The notes: generated by a model not told the origin, from the letters alone. A stretch of DNA of 64,000 nucleotides from an uncultured virus (IMG/VR IMGVR_UViG_3300006802_016159) (IMGVR_UViG_3300006802_016159); one strand, 5' to 3'. Positions 1 to 11,337 are shown, numbered from the stretch's first letter. Numbers and translations are program-made.

Positions 1-1
1 A

Positions 2-523
2 AGAGATAACCCTTCTGCTCTTGCATTGATTAGTACAAACATTACTTCTCCAGTTAGGGGAAAGAATTATTCAGCGCAATTTTCTTATTCTGATTCTCCA
101 ATGTATGATCTTACAAGGATTACAGATCCATTTACCCAGTCTCAGGTAACGGGCTTTACAATGTTAGAAGTTTCTGTTGATGAAACCGAACCTAAAGATA
201 TAATAGAAGAGTACAAGGTGATCAATCGCCAGTCTAAACAATCTGTCTTATCTTATGGGTATCAGCAGGAGCCGGGATCAGCAAAAGTTTCTTGTCGCGG
301 CCAAATGACGCGAGCAACAGGCAATCGTATGGGAGATTTTAGACTTCCTACTGGCGAAGCGATTCAGCTTTTGAAATATTCCAAGGGTCATTTCTTGGAT
401 CATGTAATGTATGATAAAAGACTTTACAATTACTATTTGCAGGGAGCGTCATACTCATTTGGTTCTGACAATAGTTTTAATTTAGATTTGGATTTCGTTT
501 ATACGAAGAAGGGTGAGAGATAA
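2..523 (+). CDS. 5'-truncated putative virion structural protein
   Basis: Frame is open from base 2, so the listed TTG start at 26 is probably internal. Stop overlaps the next ATG (TAATG). Lies in a run of structural-type ORFs. Confidence 0.55.
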   Translation, partial: RDNPSALALISTNITSPVRGKNYSAQFSYSDSPMYDLTRITDPFTQSQVTGFTMLEVSVDETEPKDIIEEYKVINRQSKQSVLSYGYQQEPGSAKVSCRGQMTRATGNRMGDFRLPTGEAIQLLKYSKGHFLDHVMYDKRLYNYYLQGASYSFGSDNSFNLDLDFVYTKKGER

Positions 524-2250
524 TGGCTACAACAGTTAAATATGATGGAGTAGAAATTTATCCCACACCATTTGTCAGCAAAACGGTTGAGGCTGTTGAC
601 TATGGTGACAGGTGGGGGTCTGCCCAAAATATCACGCTTCGTGGTGAAATGACCGGTATTGGAACTGGTCGCATTAACAATGTCACCGATCTTTTCCAAC
701 AAGGGTTTAAAACTCTTACTGTTGAATCGAATGGAGATACTAGCTACTACGTTGCAAATAATTGTGTGCTTCAAAGTTTGTCGTTTGAACAGAATAAATT
801 TGTAGCAGGTTCAGACGTTCCTGTTCCATACACAGTCACACTCAAGGCTTATGATGTCCCTAGTGGCGTAACTAACATTAGTAATAAATATACTTACAGA
901 GAAAACAGAGACGGAACTGTGGCTGTAACTAGGGAAATCGCGGCCAAGGGGTTAAAAACTTCTTCCTCTGATCCAATTGATAATGCTTATAATTTCGTTG
1001 CTTTGTTCACGGGTAAAGATCCAAACACCGCAGCGGCACCTCTCCTTGTTAGTGGAGCCACTCAATCTGTTCTTCGTTCTGTTAGTGAGAGCGTAAATAG
1101 ATTAGATGCTTCTTATAGCGTCACAGAGAACTGGGTTTATGAAACTGGGTCAAGCAATGCTTACACAAAAGTAGCCTCTCTTAACGTGGAGGAGGATAGA
1201 AGTCAGGAGTATATTACTGTCACTCTTGACTTGAATTTTAATGGAGACATCAGAAATCCATTCTCAACCCTACAAAATGCAGTTCGAGATTTTGACGTTT
1301 ATAGCGAGGTTAATAATTATGGTCTTGCTACAGGTGAAATGTTTGTTAACGACTTTTCTATAAATGAGAATGAGGATTCAAACTCAATAACCTACAATAT
1401 GAATTTCCTGTCTGGCGAATCTTTGCAAGCTCTTAGTGGAATTATGGTTCATAACATTTCAATGAATTGGGATGAAATCAAGAATGAAAAAAGCTATAGC
1501 ATCAATTCTGAATTTAAAGTCAAAGGACCGAAGGACCACAAAGCCAAAAGAATTGAAACTGAAAAATACGAGATTATTCAGAACTACGGTCATTATATTG
1601 CTTATCTTTACCACGCAATTAAAGACAGTGAAGTTTATAATCAATTTGAAACCGTCTTAGGAGATGGCCACGAATTAAATCCTAATCCAAGAGACTTTAA
1701 AATTCAAGAAGATCTAACAAAATCAAGTCTTTCATTTAGCGCGTCGTTTGATGATTCAGATTTTAAAATCAAACAGACGAATACTCTGCCAAATGGTAAG
1801 TCCTACCCTGTTTCAATTGGCACAACGAATTATAACGTTTCGGTTACTCCAGAAAATTGGATTTTCCAAATGGACCCAGCGGCCAACATCGAAGGGCATT
1901 TTGTTATTCAGGATCTTCAGTGTAAATCCAGAGAGCGTTTTAGTTTGTCAATTAACAATGATGATATAGGAAATGGATTGGGAGATGGGACTGACATTTC
2001 TAGATTTGAGAGCTTTACTGGGGTTTCTGGTCTGGCAGATCATATTATTAATGTGGTGTCTGGATACAATACATCAAATAGATTCTATTTGTCAAATAGT
2101 TCTGTTAATTCTGGTGACCTTAACGCTAATATAAGGAAGGAATATATTTTGAAGACTGGTCTTGCTCCCGAGTTCAGTAAGAACAAATTCAATGGATTCC
2201 TTGGAGCAGGATACGGAAGACGTATCGCGGGATACAAGTTTGGATACTAA
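523..2250 (+). CDS. putative virion structural (tail/baseplate-region) protein, 575 aa
   Basis: Long ORF rich in S/T/N/V beta-strand sequence, translationally coupled on both sides. No catalytic motif seen. Confidence 0.55.
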   Translation: MATTVKYDGVEIYPTPFVSKTVEAVDYGDRWGSAQNITLRGEMTGIGTGRINNVTDLFQQGFKTLTVESNGDTSYYVANNCVLQSLSFEQNKFVAGSDVPVPYTVTLKAYDVPSGVTNISNKYTYRENRDGTVAVTREIAAKGLKTSSSDPIDNAYNFVALFTGKDPNTAAAPLLVSGATQSVLRSVSESVNRLDASYSVTENWVYETGSSNAYTKVASLNVEEDRSQEYITVTLDLNFNGDIRNPFSTLQNAVRDFDVYSEVNNYGLATGEMFVNDFSINENEDSNSITYNMNFLSGESLQALSGIMVHNISMNWDEIKNEKSYSINSEFKVKGPKDHKAKRIETEKYEIIQNYGHYIAYLYHAIKDSEVYNQFETVLGDGHELNPNPRDFKIQEDLTKSSLSFSASFDDSDFKIKQTNTLPNGKSYPVSIGTTNYNVSVTPENWIFQMDPAANIEGHFVIQDLQCKSRERFSLSINNDDIGNGLGDGTDISRFESFTGVSGLADHIINVVSGYNTSNRFYLSNSSVNSGDLNANIRKEYILKTGLAPEFSKNKFNGFLGAGYGRRIAGYKFGY

Positions 2251-4163
2251 TGAATATTGACAATTACAGAGATTGCATTTTGGCAAAGGGCGTTCCTACT
2301 GGGAACTTGTCCGCAGTATATGATTTTACTGGCGGATCAGGCAACTCTGTCTATAATAGTCTCCACAGTCCTGACGGCCACCAAATCAGTGGAACGATGT
2401 TATCTGAGAGAAATCCTGCCATCGTTGTTCGAAATAATGTTCCCTTGGCTGAGACTCTTACTGGTAATCTAAGTGGCACAGAACTTTACAGGGTTGGCAA
2501 AGACAATCCAAATACGGACTTCGCGCTTATCTTAGATTACAGTAATAATTTTTGTAATGTCTCTGGGAGGACTGGTCAGATTCTCGTGTCTTCAAATGCA
2601 GATGGCACAGGGGCCAGCGGCTTCGCTTTAGGCACCAATCAAAGTAACAGGCTATTCCTTGAATACTACAGCGGAACAACAAGGCGATCATTTTCTGTGG
2701 ACGAGGAGCTATCCCATCAGAATACTGTATTTTTAAACATCTACAACAACGAACAAGCAACCTTTGGATTCTACGATTATGAAACGAACAAAATGGTTAC
2801 TACTTCTATTGCTACTCCCGGCTATAGTCATAGCAATTCTTTGTATCTCGGGGGTCTTTATAATTATACTGGAACCACCTATACTGGATTAGAGGGTGTT
2901 AATAGAGAGTTTGTTTTATTTAATGACAGTCTTGATTCCAGTGACCTCATTAAAGACTGCATTGAATGTATGCATTTTACCGGCTTTACTAGCACGGTAA
3001 CCACTACTTTATTTGATCAGGTCAAAGCTACTGGCTTCAACTATTCCACGCAAAACGTTTCTGGTACAATTGGTACGACTTACATTTCAGTAACCGTGCC
3101 TCACCCAGAAGGCGGAACCACTGAGATTATTGTCCCTAGTGGCGTGTCTGGTGTTGTGGATATTATTGACAACATTACTCCTCTTACTGGATTGGATGGT
3201 AGCGGCCAAAGCATTGTTAGCGGGAGGACTTTTAATTACGATACTTCTACTGGCGGGAAAGCTAGCTATGGATTGAAAACTTTGGCATTTGCTTTTGACT
3301 TGGTTAGTGGTGACCTTGTTGAGGCGTACCATTTTAACGAACCAAATCCATATTATAATTTACCTGTAGTTGATTTTACTTTGGATAAAAGCGGGTTTAC
3401 GAACGCTCTTCTTTACCACAATGGACTATTGAACGTGGAGGCATGGGATTTCAATATTGGGGATGAGAACGTATTCACTGGTGCAGCAATACAGGGCTAT
3501 GACCCTTCAGATGCATTTACTTACAACTTGACTGATGATGACGTAGTAATTACAGAATTCAGCGGCCTTTGGAGTAGAAGCAGAATTCTTCTTAACTCAG
3601 GAGATGTGGCAGCGTCAGGTGGAGGAACAAGCTTCTACTATCCGCCAAACTCCCAATACCATGAGGAGGCTTCCACAAACTATATTTGGATTACAGGAAT
3701 TTCAGGAACAATTCTTACAGGTTACGACCTTTTCTTAAACGGACAAAAACTAATAGAGGGCTACGACTACCATACTGGCCTTACTGGCTCAGACCCGGCG
3801 TTAATCCTTTCTGGTGCTGACATGTCAGACTTTACAGCCGACGTTCTTCGTACTGGAAACGGAAACGTTTCTGGTTGGCCTAATGATCCTCCTGCTGGTA
3901 TTACCAATGTGGATTCTAGCCTTCTAGTTTTTGTTCAAAAGCCAAGTTCGTTCAACAGAAGCGTAACCCATTTTACAGGAACAGCCAACTCAGTAGAGAT
4001 TACAGGATATTCTGAACAGGTTTGGGTGAACGGAGTAAAACAAATATCCGATAGAGACTATTTAAAAACATATCCATGTAGTCCAACTAGCGGAAATGAA
4101 TCTTTCAATGATGATTTGTTTTTATTCTATAACAATTTAACATCATATTTTAATATAGAGTAA
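2250..4163 (+). CDS. putative virion protein with N-terminal LamG/concanavalin-like domain, S/T-G rich, 637 aa
   Basis: LSAVYDF...QILVS...GFALGTN...LYLGG...FVLFN resembles LamG-like folds. C-terminal LFLNGQKL/VWVNGVKQ repeats are typical of phage structural proteins. Confidence 0.55.
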   Translation: MNIDNYRDCILAKGVPTGNLSAVYDFTGGSGNSVYNSLHSPDGHQISGTMLSERNPAIVVRNNVPLAETLTGNLSGTELYRVGKDNPNTDFALILDYSNNFCNVSGRTGQILVSSNADGTGASGFALGTNQSNRLFLEYYSGTTRRSFSVDEELSHQNTVFLNIYNNEQATFGFYDYETNKMVTTSIATPGYSHSNSLYLGGLYNYTGTTYTGLEGVNREFVLFNDSLDSSDLIKDCIECMHFTGFTSTVTTTLFDQVKATGFNYSTQNVSGTIGTTYISVTVPHPEGGTTEIIVPSGVSGVVDIIDNITPLTGLDGSGQSIVSGRTFNYDTSTGGKASYGLKTLAFAFDLVSGDLVEAYHFNEPNPYYNLPVVDFTLDKSGFTNALLYHNGLLNVEAWDFNIGDENVFTGAAIQGYDPSDAFTYNLTDDDVVITEFSGLWSRSRILLNSGDVAASGGGTSFYYPPNSQYHEEASTNYIWITGISGTILTGYDLFLNGQKLIEGYDYHTGLTGSDPALILSGADMSDFTADVLRTGNGNVSGWPNDPPAGITNVDSSLLVFVQKPSSFNRSVTHFTGTANSVEITGYSEQVWVNGVKQISDRDYLKTYPCSPTSGNESFNDDLFLFYNNLTSYFNIE

Positions 4164-7100
4164 TGGCTATCAAGGTTTTAGAGGGAGTTAGTATATCCCC
4201 AAGAGGAAATAGGTTTCAGACGCAGAACTGGCCGCAAAGTTATGCGTTTGGCGGCTGGATTTATAATACCAACTGCTCGATCAATTATGGCAATAGCCCT
4301 TCAGAGATCACTCTCAGTGTTGCCCTTGGAAACCTTGGGGATGCTGGCTCTCAGGATTTTTCTCAGCACCCACAAACCTTTGACATTAATAAAAATGATT
4401 TAAAATTGGGTACCACTACTAACGGTCAAGAGTCCTTGTTTGACTTGTCCATTAATGGTACTGATTTCAAAGATTACGTTCTCTACTCTTACGATATTGA
4501 CATTCAAGCCAACCAGAAAATCCTAAATGTTACATTCAAGGACTATTCTGTGATTTTGGATAAGATTTATGTGGGGCTTGTGAAGCGTCAGGGGTCTAGA
4601 AATATTCATAGAACCAACATTAGCGGCGTTTTCCCTATCAAGTGTCCCGACTGTCAGTATTCAGGTGATTCGTTCGTCCATGACGGCGTTTTGTCTCGCG
4701 AAGTTGACCTTGGATCATACGCTGGACTGAACGGCCAGATCTATGACAACATGGCAGACGCGCAGGCAATTTTAAATCAAAATCCATCCCTTGAGCGTAA
4801 TGTTTGGGACTACTGGACTGAGCTTTCTTTGCTTGCTGCCGACCCTTCAAACAGGTCAACGGCTTGGGAAGATAATTTTAATTTGAATGGTGGGTATTTG
4901 ATCCTTGGAACAGAGGACATTCCACAGGAAGCTTGTGGTGGTTTGCCAGAGGTCCGCTACTCTCTTCCAGAGCTTCTTTGGAGCTTGAAACATAGAGGGT
5001 TGAATTTCGCTGGCGCATTCCCTACTGGTTACACGACCCGAAGCATGTACTACAAGCAAAACTATGTAGGAACATTACGTGAGGTCTTGCAGAACTGGGG
5101 TTCTGATTTTGGTATTGATTTCTTTGTCAGTGGTAAAACATTTTGGGGTCTTGATATTACTTCTCCAGTTAACATTGATAACTTGACTGGAGTTCTTGAT
5201 CCTAATGATAGCAATGGCGTCAAGTTTGATTTCCCAAGAGAAGATGCTATAGCGGGATACAAAGAATCTTATAGTTTAGATAATAGTTATGATCAAGCTG
5301 TTGTAACTTATAGCATTAAACCAGCGCAAGTCGAAGAAAGAAGTAAAGATGTAAAACGCCATGTTGGTTATGTTCCATTACATCCAATGGATCTTAACTA
5401 CGTTAACAGGACTTCACTCACTCTTTTCAATAATGCTTTTGGTAAAGAATTTATTACCAGCACACCTTACTTCGATTTCGAGCAATGTGTTAACGCTACA
5501 GAAACAACAGTCGTAACTTCCGGTAATAATATCATTGCATCCCTAAGTCATGGCGGCGACCGATACAGGAGATTCGACAAGTGGACAAATAGAACGTTTG
5601 GAGATATGGACACTTCTATAGCTTTGTCCAAATACAATCAGACTCTTCGTGATATTTTTGTAGGTCAGAGGATTACTGAATCTCTTGAGATTATGGATCC
5701 ATTAAGAAACGGCTCTTACAATATTATTAATGCTGAAGCAAAGAGGGATTTTGACGCTAACTTCAAAGCTTTAGGATTTCATCCTATTGCTAGAATCATG
5801 GATGACCGTGTGAAATACTCAATTCTTGATAAGTTCAAAAAAACACAAGGAAATACTCGTCACCCTAAATTCTTTGAGATTTATCTTGGTTACCATTTCC
5901 CACAAGAATACAATGCTATTTCTTCCGTGGAAAAAGCAATGGCTACAGATATGTATAAATATGGCCTTCTTACACAAGGTATCGTCAATGACACCCCTTA
6001 TACAGTTGAAGATCATTTTTATAATCTAAGCCCAGAAGCAGGATTAACTTATGGTTCATCGGGAATCAAAAGAACAACTTACACTCATGAATACGAGCCA
6101 ACCACAGAACAATACCCTGTTGTAGAAGATGCTCCATTTAAAGATTCTATTCCTTTCTATAACTGGTCAAACTCAAGTAGATATACAGGGGTTTATTATG
6201 GAGACTTGGACAATCTTTGGGGAACTACTCAAGAAGAATTCGACAGGGCGATTGAATTTGAAGATGAGGAATGTCAAAATTATGGCGCTATCGCAAGCGC
6301 AAACGAAAAAATCGATGGCTTTTCTGATACAACCAAGCAGACTTGGGACATGGCATATTTTACGCCGTCATTTCATGATGACATTGAAGAGCAATATAAG
6401 GAAACTCCGCTTAGGTCTATGATTCAAAACTTGGCTGCAAATAATCAGTTAGGGGCAGACCAAGTATCTATTGGTTTCTGGAATTATAATGGTGAGTATG
6501 AATTAGGATGTCGCAAGCTTCATTTTTGTATTATTCCTATTACTCACAACAATACAGACGATACTTATCCTTGTCATCCAAATGGACGTTTCGGTTTCAA
6601 ACCTTCTTGTAACAACAAGATTAGGAACAAAGAGATGTTCATGAAATATCAAAATGAGATCGAAGAAGAAGAAAAGCGTAAAAGCAGGGAAGAAATTCCT
6701 AGCATTTGTGACATCTCTATTGAGCAAGAGTTGTGCGAAAATGCTTTGCAGGCCAGCGGTGACGCTGTAAGAGCTACTTCTTATGATTGTGACTTGCTAA
6801 TGGATGAGGCTTTACAGAGATTTGATTGTGCTGTTGATCCTACTGGCGTTTATCGCGTTGGATTTCACCCAACTTGGGTTGAGTCTCCAAACTCTAGGTT
6901 CCTATCTATTACTATCGAGAGAAATCCTGATGCTCTTATTGAGGGAACATCTGTTCCAACGGATGCTTATGGAGCGGCATATATTTATGATGTTGTTAAT
7001 TCCGCATCTCTTCAACTTTATAATTACAGAAGATTGAATCCAGTTATTGTTTACCCAGTAAGCACTCCTTATTCACAAGACGGATCTAATTATGGCAACT

Positions 7101-7606
7101 ACGATCAAGGCGGCAAACTTTACTATGGAACCATGACGACTTCAGTTAAAACTGAAATCAGGACTCCAGAAAGCGTTGAAATCTTTGGCGAGCCAGTAAA
7201 CAAGATTGGAAGTAATGCATCTACATTTAAAACCATCAACAATGAGGTTCAGCCTGACCTTGATCCATTTTTGAATTCAGCAGATAATCAGTTTTTGTCT
7301 TACATGTCAATCATCACAGGAAACAATCTGTCTTCAGTGGCTACAGTTGAAGACTATCACAATATCATTAATGGATTAAATACGTACAACAGTCCTTCTG
7401 CCTCTGAGAAGGTTGACTTTGAGATCATTGGAGAAGCTACGGGAATCGGACATATCTTGACGCCATTATCTGGCTTGACATCATTTTCTGTTTCAGTCTC
7501 TCAGGGAGGAGTAAAAACCAACTTGTCATTCAGTAGTAAACCTCCTACTTTGCCAGAGCAAGAAACAATTCTAAATAAAATTACAGCAAGATTACCTAAA
7601 CGATAA
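4163..7606 (+). CDS. putative tail/baseplate hub-like structural protein, 1147 aa
   Basis: YVGTLREVLQNWGSDFGIDFF and C-terminal LTSFSVSVSQGGVKTNLSF are reminiscent of tail hub proteins. Coupled to neighbours. Confidence 0.45.
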   Translation: MAIKVLEGVSISPRGNRFQTQNWPQSYAFGGWIYNTNCSINYGNSPSEITLSVALGNLGDAGSQDFSQHPQTFDINKNDLKLGTTTNGQESLFDLSINGTDFKDYVLYSYDIDIQANQKILNVTFKDYSVILDKIYVGLVKRQGSRNIHRTNISGVFPIKCPDCQYSGDSFVHDGVLSREVDLGSYAGLNGQIYDNMADAQAILNQNPSLERNVWDYWTELSLLAADPSNRSTAWEDNFNLNGGYLILGTEDIPQEACGGLPEVRYSLPELLWSLKHRGLNFAGAFPTGYTTRSMYYKQNYVGTLREVLQNWGSDFGIDFFVSGKTFWGLDITSPVNIDNLTGVLDPNDSNGVKFDFPREDAIAGYKESYSLDNSYDQAVVTYSIKPAQVEERSKDVKRHVGYVPLHPMDLNYVNRTSLTLFNNAFGKEFITSTPYFDFEQCVNATETTVVTSGNNIIASLSHGGDRYRRFDKWTNRTFGDMDTSIALSKYNQTLRDIFVGQRITESLEIMDPLRNGSYNIINAEAKRDFDANFKALGFHPIARIMDDRVKYSILDKFKKTQGNTRHPKFFEIYLGYHFPQEYNAISSVEKAMATDMYKYGLLTQGIVNDTPYTVEDHFYNLSPEAGLTYGSSGIKRTTYTHEYEPTTEQYPVVEDAPFKDSIPFYNWSNSSRYTGVYYGDLDNLWGTTQEEFDRAIEFEDEECQNYGAIASANEKIDGFSDTTKQTWDMAYFTPSFHDDIEEQYKETPLRSMIQNLAANNQLGADQVSIGFWNYNGEYELGCRKLHFCIIPITHNNTDDTYPCHPNGRFGFKPSCNNKIRNKEMFMKYQNEIEEEEKRKSREEIPSICDISIEQELCENALQASGDAVRATSYDCDLLMDEALQRFDCAVDPTGVYRVGFHPTWVESPNSRFLSITIERNPDALIEGTSVPTDAYGAAYIYDVVNSASLQLYNYRRLNPVIVYPVSTPYSQDGSNYGNYDQGGKLYYGTMTTSVKTEIRTPESVEIFGEPVNKIGSNASTFKTINNEVQPDLDPFLNSADNQFLSYMSIITGNNLSSVATVEDYHNIINGLNTYNSPSASEKVDFEIIGEATGIGHILTPLSGLTSFSVSVSQGGVKTNLSFSSKPPTLPEQETILNKITARLPKR

Positions 7607-9498
7607 TGAAATTCACTGAAAACAAATTCAGATTAACACCCGAGGTGAACGAAGTCACGTTCTCCTTTGATAATCTATTTTTGTCTAATGTGACTGGCGA
7701 GGCTGAAATTGGGCTATCGGGTAATGGTAATCTTTTGAGATTTAGATTTGCTGATGGAAACATTTATGATCCTGAAGATTCATTCATCAGAACCTACAAT
7801 GCCTCAGAAAGAATCAAGCTTGCTGGTGATGTAAAATCTGACTCATACAGATACTACATTAACAACCAACTATTTAGAATTCAATCCAAAGCGGATTACG
7901 ATTTTCAACGATTTTTTGTGAATGTTACTGGCGTTGAGTTGACTAGTGATAACCAACTTCGCACCAACTCAGACTACGTCAATAACAGCATCACAATGAT
8001 TGGCTCGTTCGTCGGCGGCAATAACGCCAACGGAAACGTCAACAATAGCACTTCCAATAAATTCAGAGTGTTCAAAGCGAACTACTCTTACTTGGAGAAT
8101 GCCAGCCCATCCTTTACGGGCAACTTCTCTGGTGATGTCAATGGGAACAGTAGCCTTTCGTTCTCATTGCCAGACCTTAACTCAAGCTACGGAGATAGCC
8201 ATGTTAAATTCAAGATGATTCTTGATTCCAGCTTGGGGGAGTTGTCCGAAAATTTCGATATATTCAGAACCGGAAACATTACCGGAAACATCAACATCAT
8301 TGATACCACAGATTTCGCAGATCAAATCATTGACTACGAATGGGAGGGTTCAGGATTCAATAATGGATTCGTTTTTGATCCTCCAAGTTCAGGAGAAAAC
8401 GTAAAAGTTTACTACTATTCATTGCTTAATAATGACGGGATTGAGACTCCTAAATCTGTCAACTATCATATTTATCCTGTTACGGATACCACTGGTGTTA
8501 CTGGTACAGGTAAATTCATAACTGGATACAACCTTACTAATTCAGGATACTACGAAGAAGTTCCAGAATACTATTTCACATCATACAGCAACATCACAGG
8601 GGCAGATTTCAAAACAAACAACCTTTTCTCTGAAGATTGTGGAACTTCTATTCCTGCTTTATTTGTTGCTTCAAGTGGATACGGCGCAAGCGGTTCTGGG
8701 ACTGCGCTTCTTGAAAGAGTAAGGATTTCCCTGTACGGTTCTGAAACCTTTTACACCATCACGGGATTCTCTGTTCAAAATCAGGGATCAGGCTACAATT
8801 ATGATGCGCCTATTACTCTGTTGACTGGAGATGTGAGCGCGACTTGTTTTGACGTTCCTTATGTCAGCGGAAACTCCTATATCTATGAGACTTTCTCTGG
8901 TAGCGGTCAGCGTCATCCTGTCGCGGATTACTTCTATGGTTCGTTGTTAACAGGAGAAAGTGTTAAAACCATTAGTGGAACAGGCTATACCGGATATGGT
9001 ATCACTGGCATCAGGATTACAAATATGGGCTCTGGCTACAATGAGGCATCTGGATATACACCTGAGATCGTCTTTACCAGAAACGGAAATACATTCCAAT
9101 CAATTTATGACGTATCAGGATTCCATCACTCAGGAACAATGGTTTACAATTTGAGTGGTGATTACTATGATTTCTTGACAAACTGGACAATCAAGACTGG
9201 TTCCACAGCAACAGGTTTGGTCGAGCTTGCTACTGGCGCAGCTATGTCTCTTGATACAGGATACAGTGGAACAGTCAACATGGCAGTAGGAGAAGACACG
9301 TTTATGGTCAGCACATCATTTGATCAGCCGTCTCTGACCCAGAACTACCAAATTGGAATTGCTGTAGAACCTAGCGGACAAAGCAATACTTCTGGTGTAA
9401 TTAGTATTGTAACTGCAAGAACAACCTATCCTACAGGATCAGGAGCCTTTTGGGTGGTCCCATTTGAGCCTGCGGATACGAATTTAATTTCATTTTAA
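7606..9498 (+). CDS. putative virion structural protein, S/T-G rich, 630 aa
   Basis: ITGFSVQNQGSGY and ITGIRITNMGSGY repeats are typical of phage virion proteins. Confidence 0.55.
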   Translation: MKFTENKFRLTPEVNEVTFSFDNLFLSNVTGEAEIGLSGNGNLLRFRFADGNIYDPEDSFIRTYNASERIKLAGDVKSDSYRYYINNQLFRIQSKADYDFQRFFVNVTGVELTSDNQLRTNSDYVNNSITMIGSFVGGNNANGNVNNSTSNKFRVFKANYSYLENASPSFTGNFSGDVNGNSSLSFSLPDLNSSYGDSHVKFKMILDSSLGELSENFDIFRTGNITGNINIIDTTDFADQIIDYEWEGSGFNNGFVFDPPSSGENVKVYYYSLLNNDGIETPKSVNYHIYPVTDTTGVTGTGKFITGYNLTNSGYYEEVPEYYFTSYSNITGADFKTNNLFSEDCGTSIPALFVASSGYGASGSGTALLERVRISLYGSETFYTITGFSVQNQGSGYNYDAPITLLTGDVSATCFDVPYVSGNSYIYETFSGSGQRHPVADYFYGSLLTGESVKTISGTGYTGYGITGIRITNMGSGYNEASGYTPEIVFTRNGNTFQSIYDVSGFHHSGTMVYNLSGDYYDFLTNWTIKTGSTATGLVELATGAAMSLDTGYSGTVNMAVGEDTFMVSTSFDQPSLTQNYQIGIAVEPSGQSNTSGVISIVTARTTYPTGSGAFWVVPFEPADTNLISF

Positions 9499-9500
9499 TC

Positions 9501-10586
9501 ATGGCATTAACTAGAGACGCTGTAGAAGAAAGAAGAAATGGAAGCTTAAACAATAGGTTTGGCGATGATATTGTTACGGCTCGTGTTGTCGCTAATTATG
9601 GCGATCCCGGTAGAACTGAGAATTATTATTTTGATATTCTTAGTCGATTCTTGATTGTCATGCTAGAACCTGTAAATAGGATTCCTTCTTATGGAATTTC
9701 TCCTATTATGTTTACTCTTGTCAAAAGGCCCGAGCATCTTTGGGTTGACGTAGATGGAGGTATTCAATCTAATATTAACAACCAAAGAAGATCAGATCAA
9801 AACGGCAACATCAATAAAGGCGATTCAAACAATTACACTTTGGACAATATCCCAGAGATCAATCGTCCTTATCAGTTAGGGGAAAAAATCAAAATCAAGA
9901 AACTTGAAAGTCCAATCAATTTCCATGATACGTTTTTCAACTCTGAATATGACGCGCCCAACTATCTTGCTAACGCTGCTAAAAACAAATACAACGAGAA
10001 CTATTTAACAAAAGATCCTGTCGGGGCGGCGAACGTAGGAAACAATCCGACCAAATATGCAAGCGTCAAGACTTTTCCTTTGTGGGATCACGCTGGAATT
10101 AGAGACTATAAAATTAACGGCGTTACCTATTCGAACGGAATCAACGAATATCACCCAAGCTTTAGAGTGGTAAACAACGCTGGTAACCCACAAGCTATGA
10201 CTCTACCTTCATTCGATTCTAGAAAGAAATATGGGATTGGACTGAATAAATATACCTTTGAAGTATTTTGGAGATATATTTCAAGTAACGTATCTCAAAC
10301 TGATCAGATCATTCTAGGAACAGCGGCATTATATGCAAAACTAACGAGGCAAATTGGCCCGTATCTTTGGGACGTTAACACGCAGGGCGGCGCATTGGCC
10401 GCTTCAATTGGTTTATTTACCTCTTGTGCCTACGAGGACATGAATCTAGATGCAAAATTTAGGGGCGAAGCAAATGAATGCTTGCCCCTTGTGGTTACAA
10501 ACCCTTCTCAATTCCCTGTTCCAAGAACGAAACAAGCTGGCAGCATCAAATTCGATCCTACCTTTGAGCAGATCCAGAACTCTTAA
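9501..10586 (+). CDS. hypothetical protein (possibly virion-associated), 361 aa
   Basis: Long ORF ending the + strand block. No recognisable motif. Confidence 0.5.
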   Translation: MALTRDAVEERRNGSLNNRFGDDIVTARVVANYGDPGRTENYYFDILSRFLIVMLEPVNRIPSYGISPIMFTLVKRPEHLWVDVDGGIQSNINNQRRSDQNGNINKGDSNNYTLDNIPEINRPYQLGEKIKIKKLESPINFHDTFFNSEYDAPNYLANAAKNKYNENYLTKDPVGAANVGNNPTKYASVKTFPLWDHAGIRDYKINGVTYSNGINEYHPSFRVVNNAGNPQAMTLPSFDSRKKYGIGLNKYTFEVFWRYISSNVSQTDQIILGTAALYAKLTRQIGPYLWDVNTQGGALAASIGLFTSCAYEDMNLDAKFRGEANECLPLVVTNPSQFPVPRTKQAGSIKFDPTFEQIQNS

Positions 10587-11302
10587 TCCTCAATTTTGTT
10601 GAGGCGACCGATAAGCTCGTAGACCTTCACTTTTGGAAGATCCTCAACGGAGGATAGGTCTGCGGCTCCTTCGTAATTGTCGGAGATCAATCTCTTTTTG
10701 AGGACATCCCAACTCACGCCCTTCTTCTGCATTACGTCAAGCAACGCGTCGGAAGAGTTGATGCTCTTAACATAATCCTCAGCATCGGAATAGTTTCCTC
10801 CTTCTGGATTCTGCGGATTGATTTCTTCAAAACCAACAACATTAATACGAAGGAAATTTCTAACACAGCGGACAAACGCTCTGTTTTCAGCGACAGGTCC
10901 AAGGAACTGCTTGCCGAAGCCCTTTGTATTATGGATGGTTGCGTCTCCAATCCCAGTAAAAGTTACCGCACGACCCTCTGTTTCGAAGTTGGGAATGAAT
11001 TCGATAGTACACGTAGCGAATACGGCATCGGGGTGCGGTGAAGTTATATTAAAATTAACAGAGTTGTATCCTCTGAGGTTTCCAAGACGCTTGATGCCAG
11101 CAAGCAGAATCAAAAGATCCCTGTCTTCTAGCTTTGAAACGTCTGTTTCTTGAGTTCTTTGGCGGTTAGGAACCAGATGTTCCAACTTAACGAGTTTCCT
11201 CCAGTCAATCAGGCCGTCCTCATCATAGGTATAGTCAATACCTTTAATAAGGCCAGTAGAAGGATCTCTTTCCAGCTGTACGGGTGTATTTTTCTTAGGC
11301 AT
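10583..11302 (-). CDS. Rad52/RecT-like single-strand DNA annealing protein
   Basis: ATCTIEF...FTGIGDA...VAENRAFVRCVRNFLRINVVGFEE pattern resembles phage annealases. Confidence 0.5.
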   Translation of the reverse strand: MPKKNTPVQLERDPSTGLIKGIDYTYDEDGLIDWRKLVKLEHLVPNRQRTQETDVSKLEDRDLLILLAGIKRLGNLRGYNSVNFNITSPHPDAVFATCTIEFIPNFETEGRAVTFTGIGDATIHNTKGFGKQFLGPVAENRAFVRCVRNFLRINVVGFEEINPQNPEGGNYSDAEDYVKSINSSDALLDVMQKKGVSWDVLKKRLISDNYEGAADLSSVEDLPKVKVYELIGRLNKIED

Positions 11303-11308
11303 AAAATG

Positions 11309-11337
11309 ATATTATCAGACTTTTCGATTAAAGTCAA
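11309..11337 (-). promoter_or_regulatory. sigma70-type promoter, probably giving a leaderless mRNA
   Basis: TTGACT-N17-TAATAT with extended -10 TG, 6 nt before the ATG at 11302. Confidence 0.65.

Noticed and set aside
7606..9498. Abundant N-x-S/T sequons as N-glycosylation signals
   Set aside because: The count is roughly what the high Asn and Ser/Thr content predicts, and no oligosaccharyltransferase was seen.
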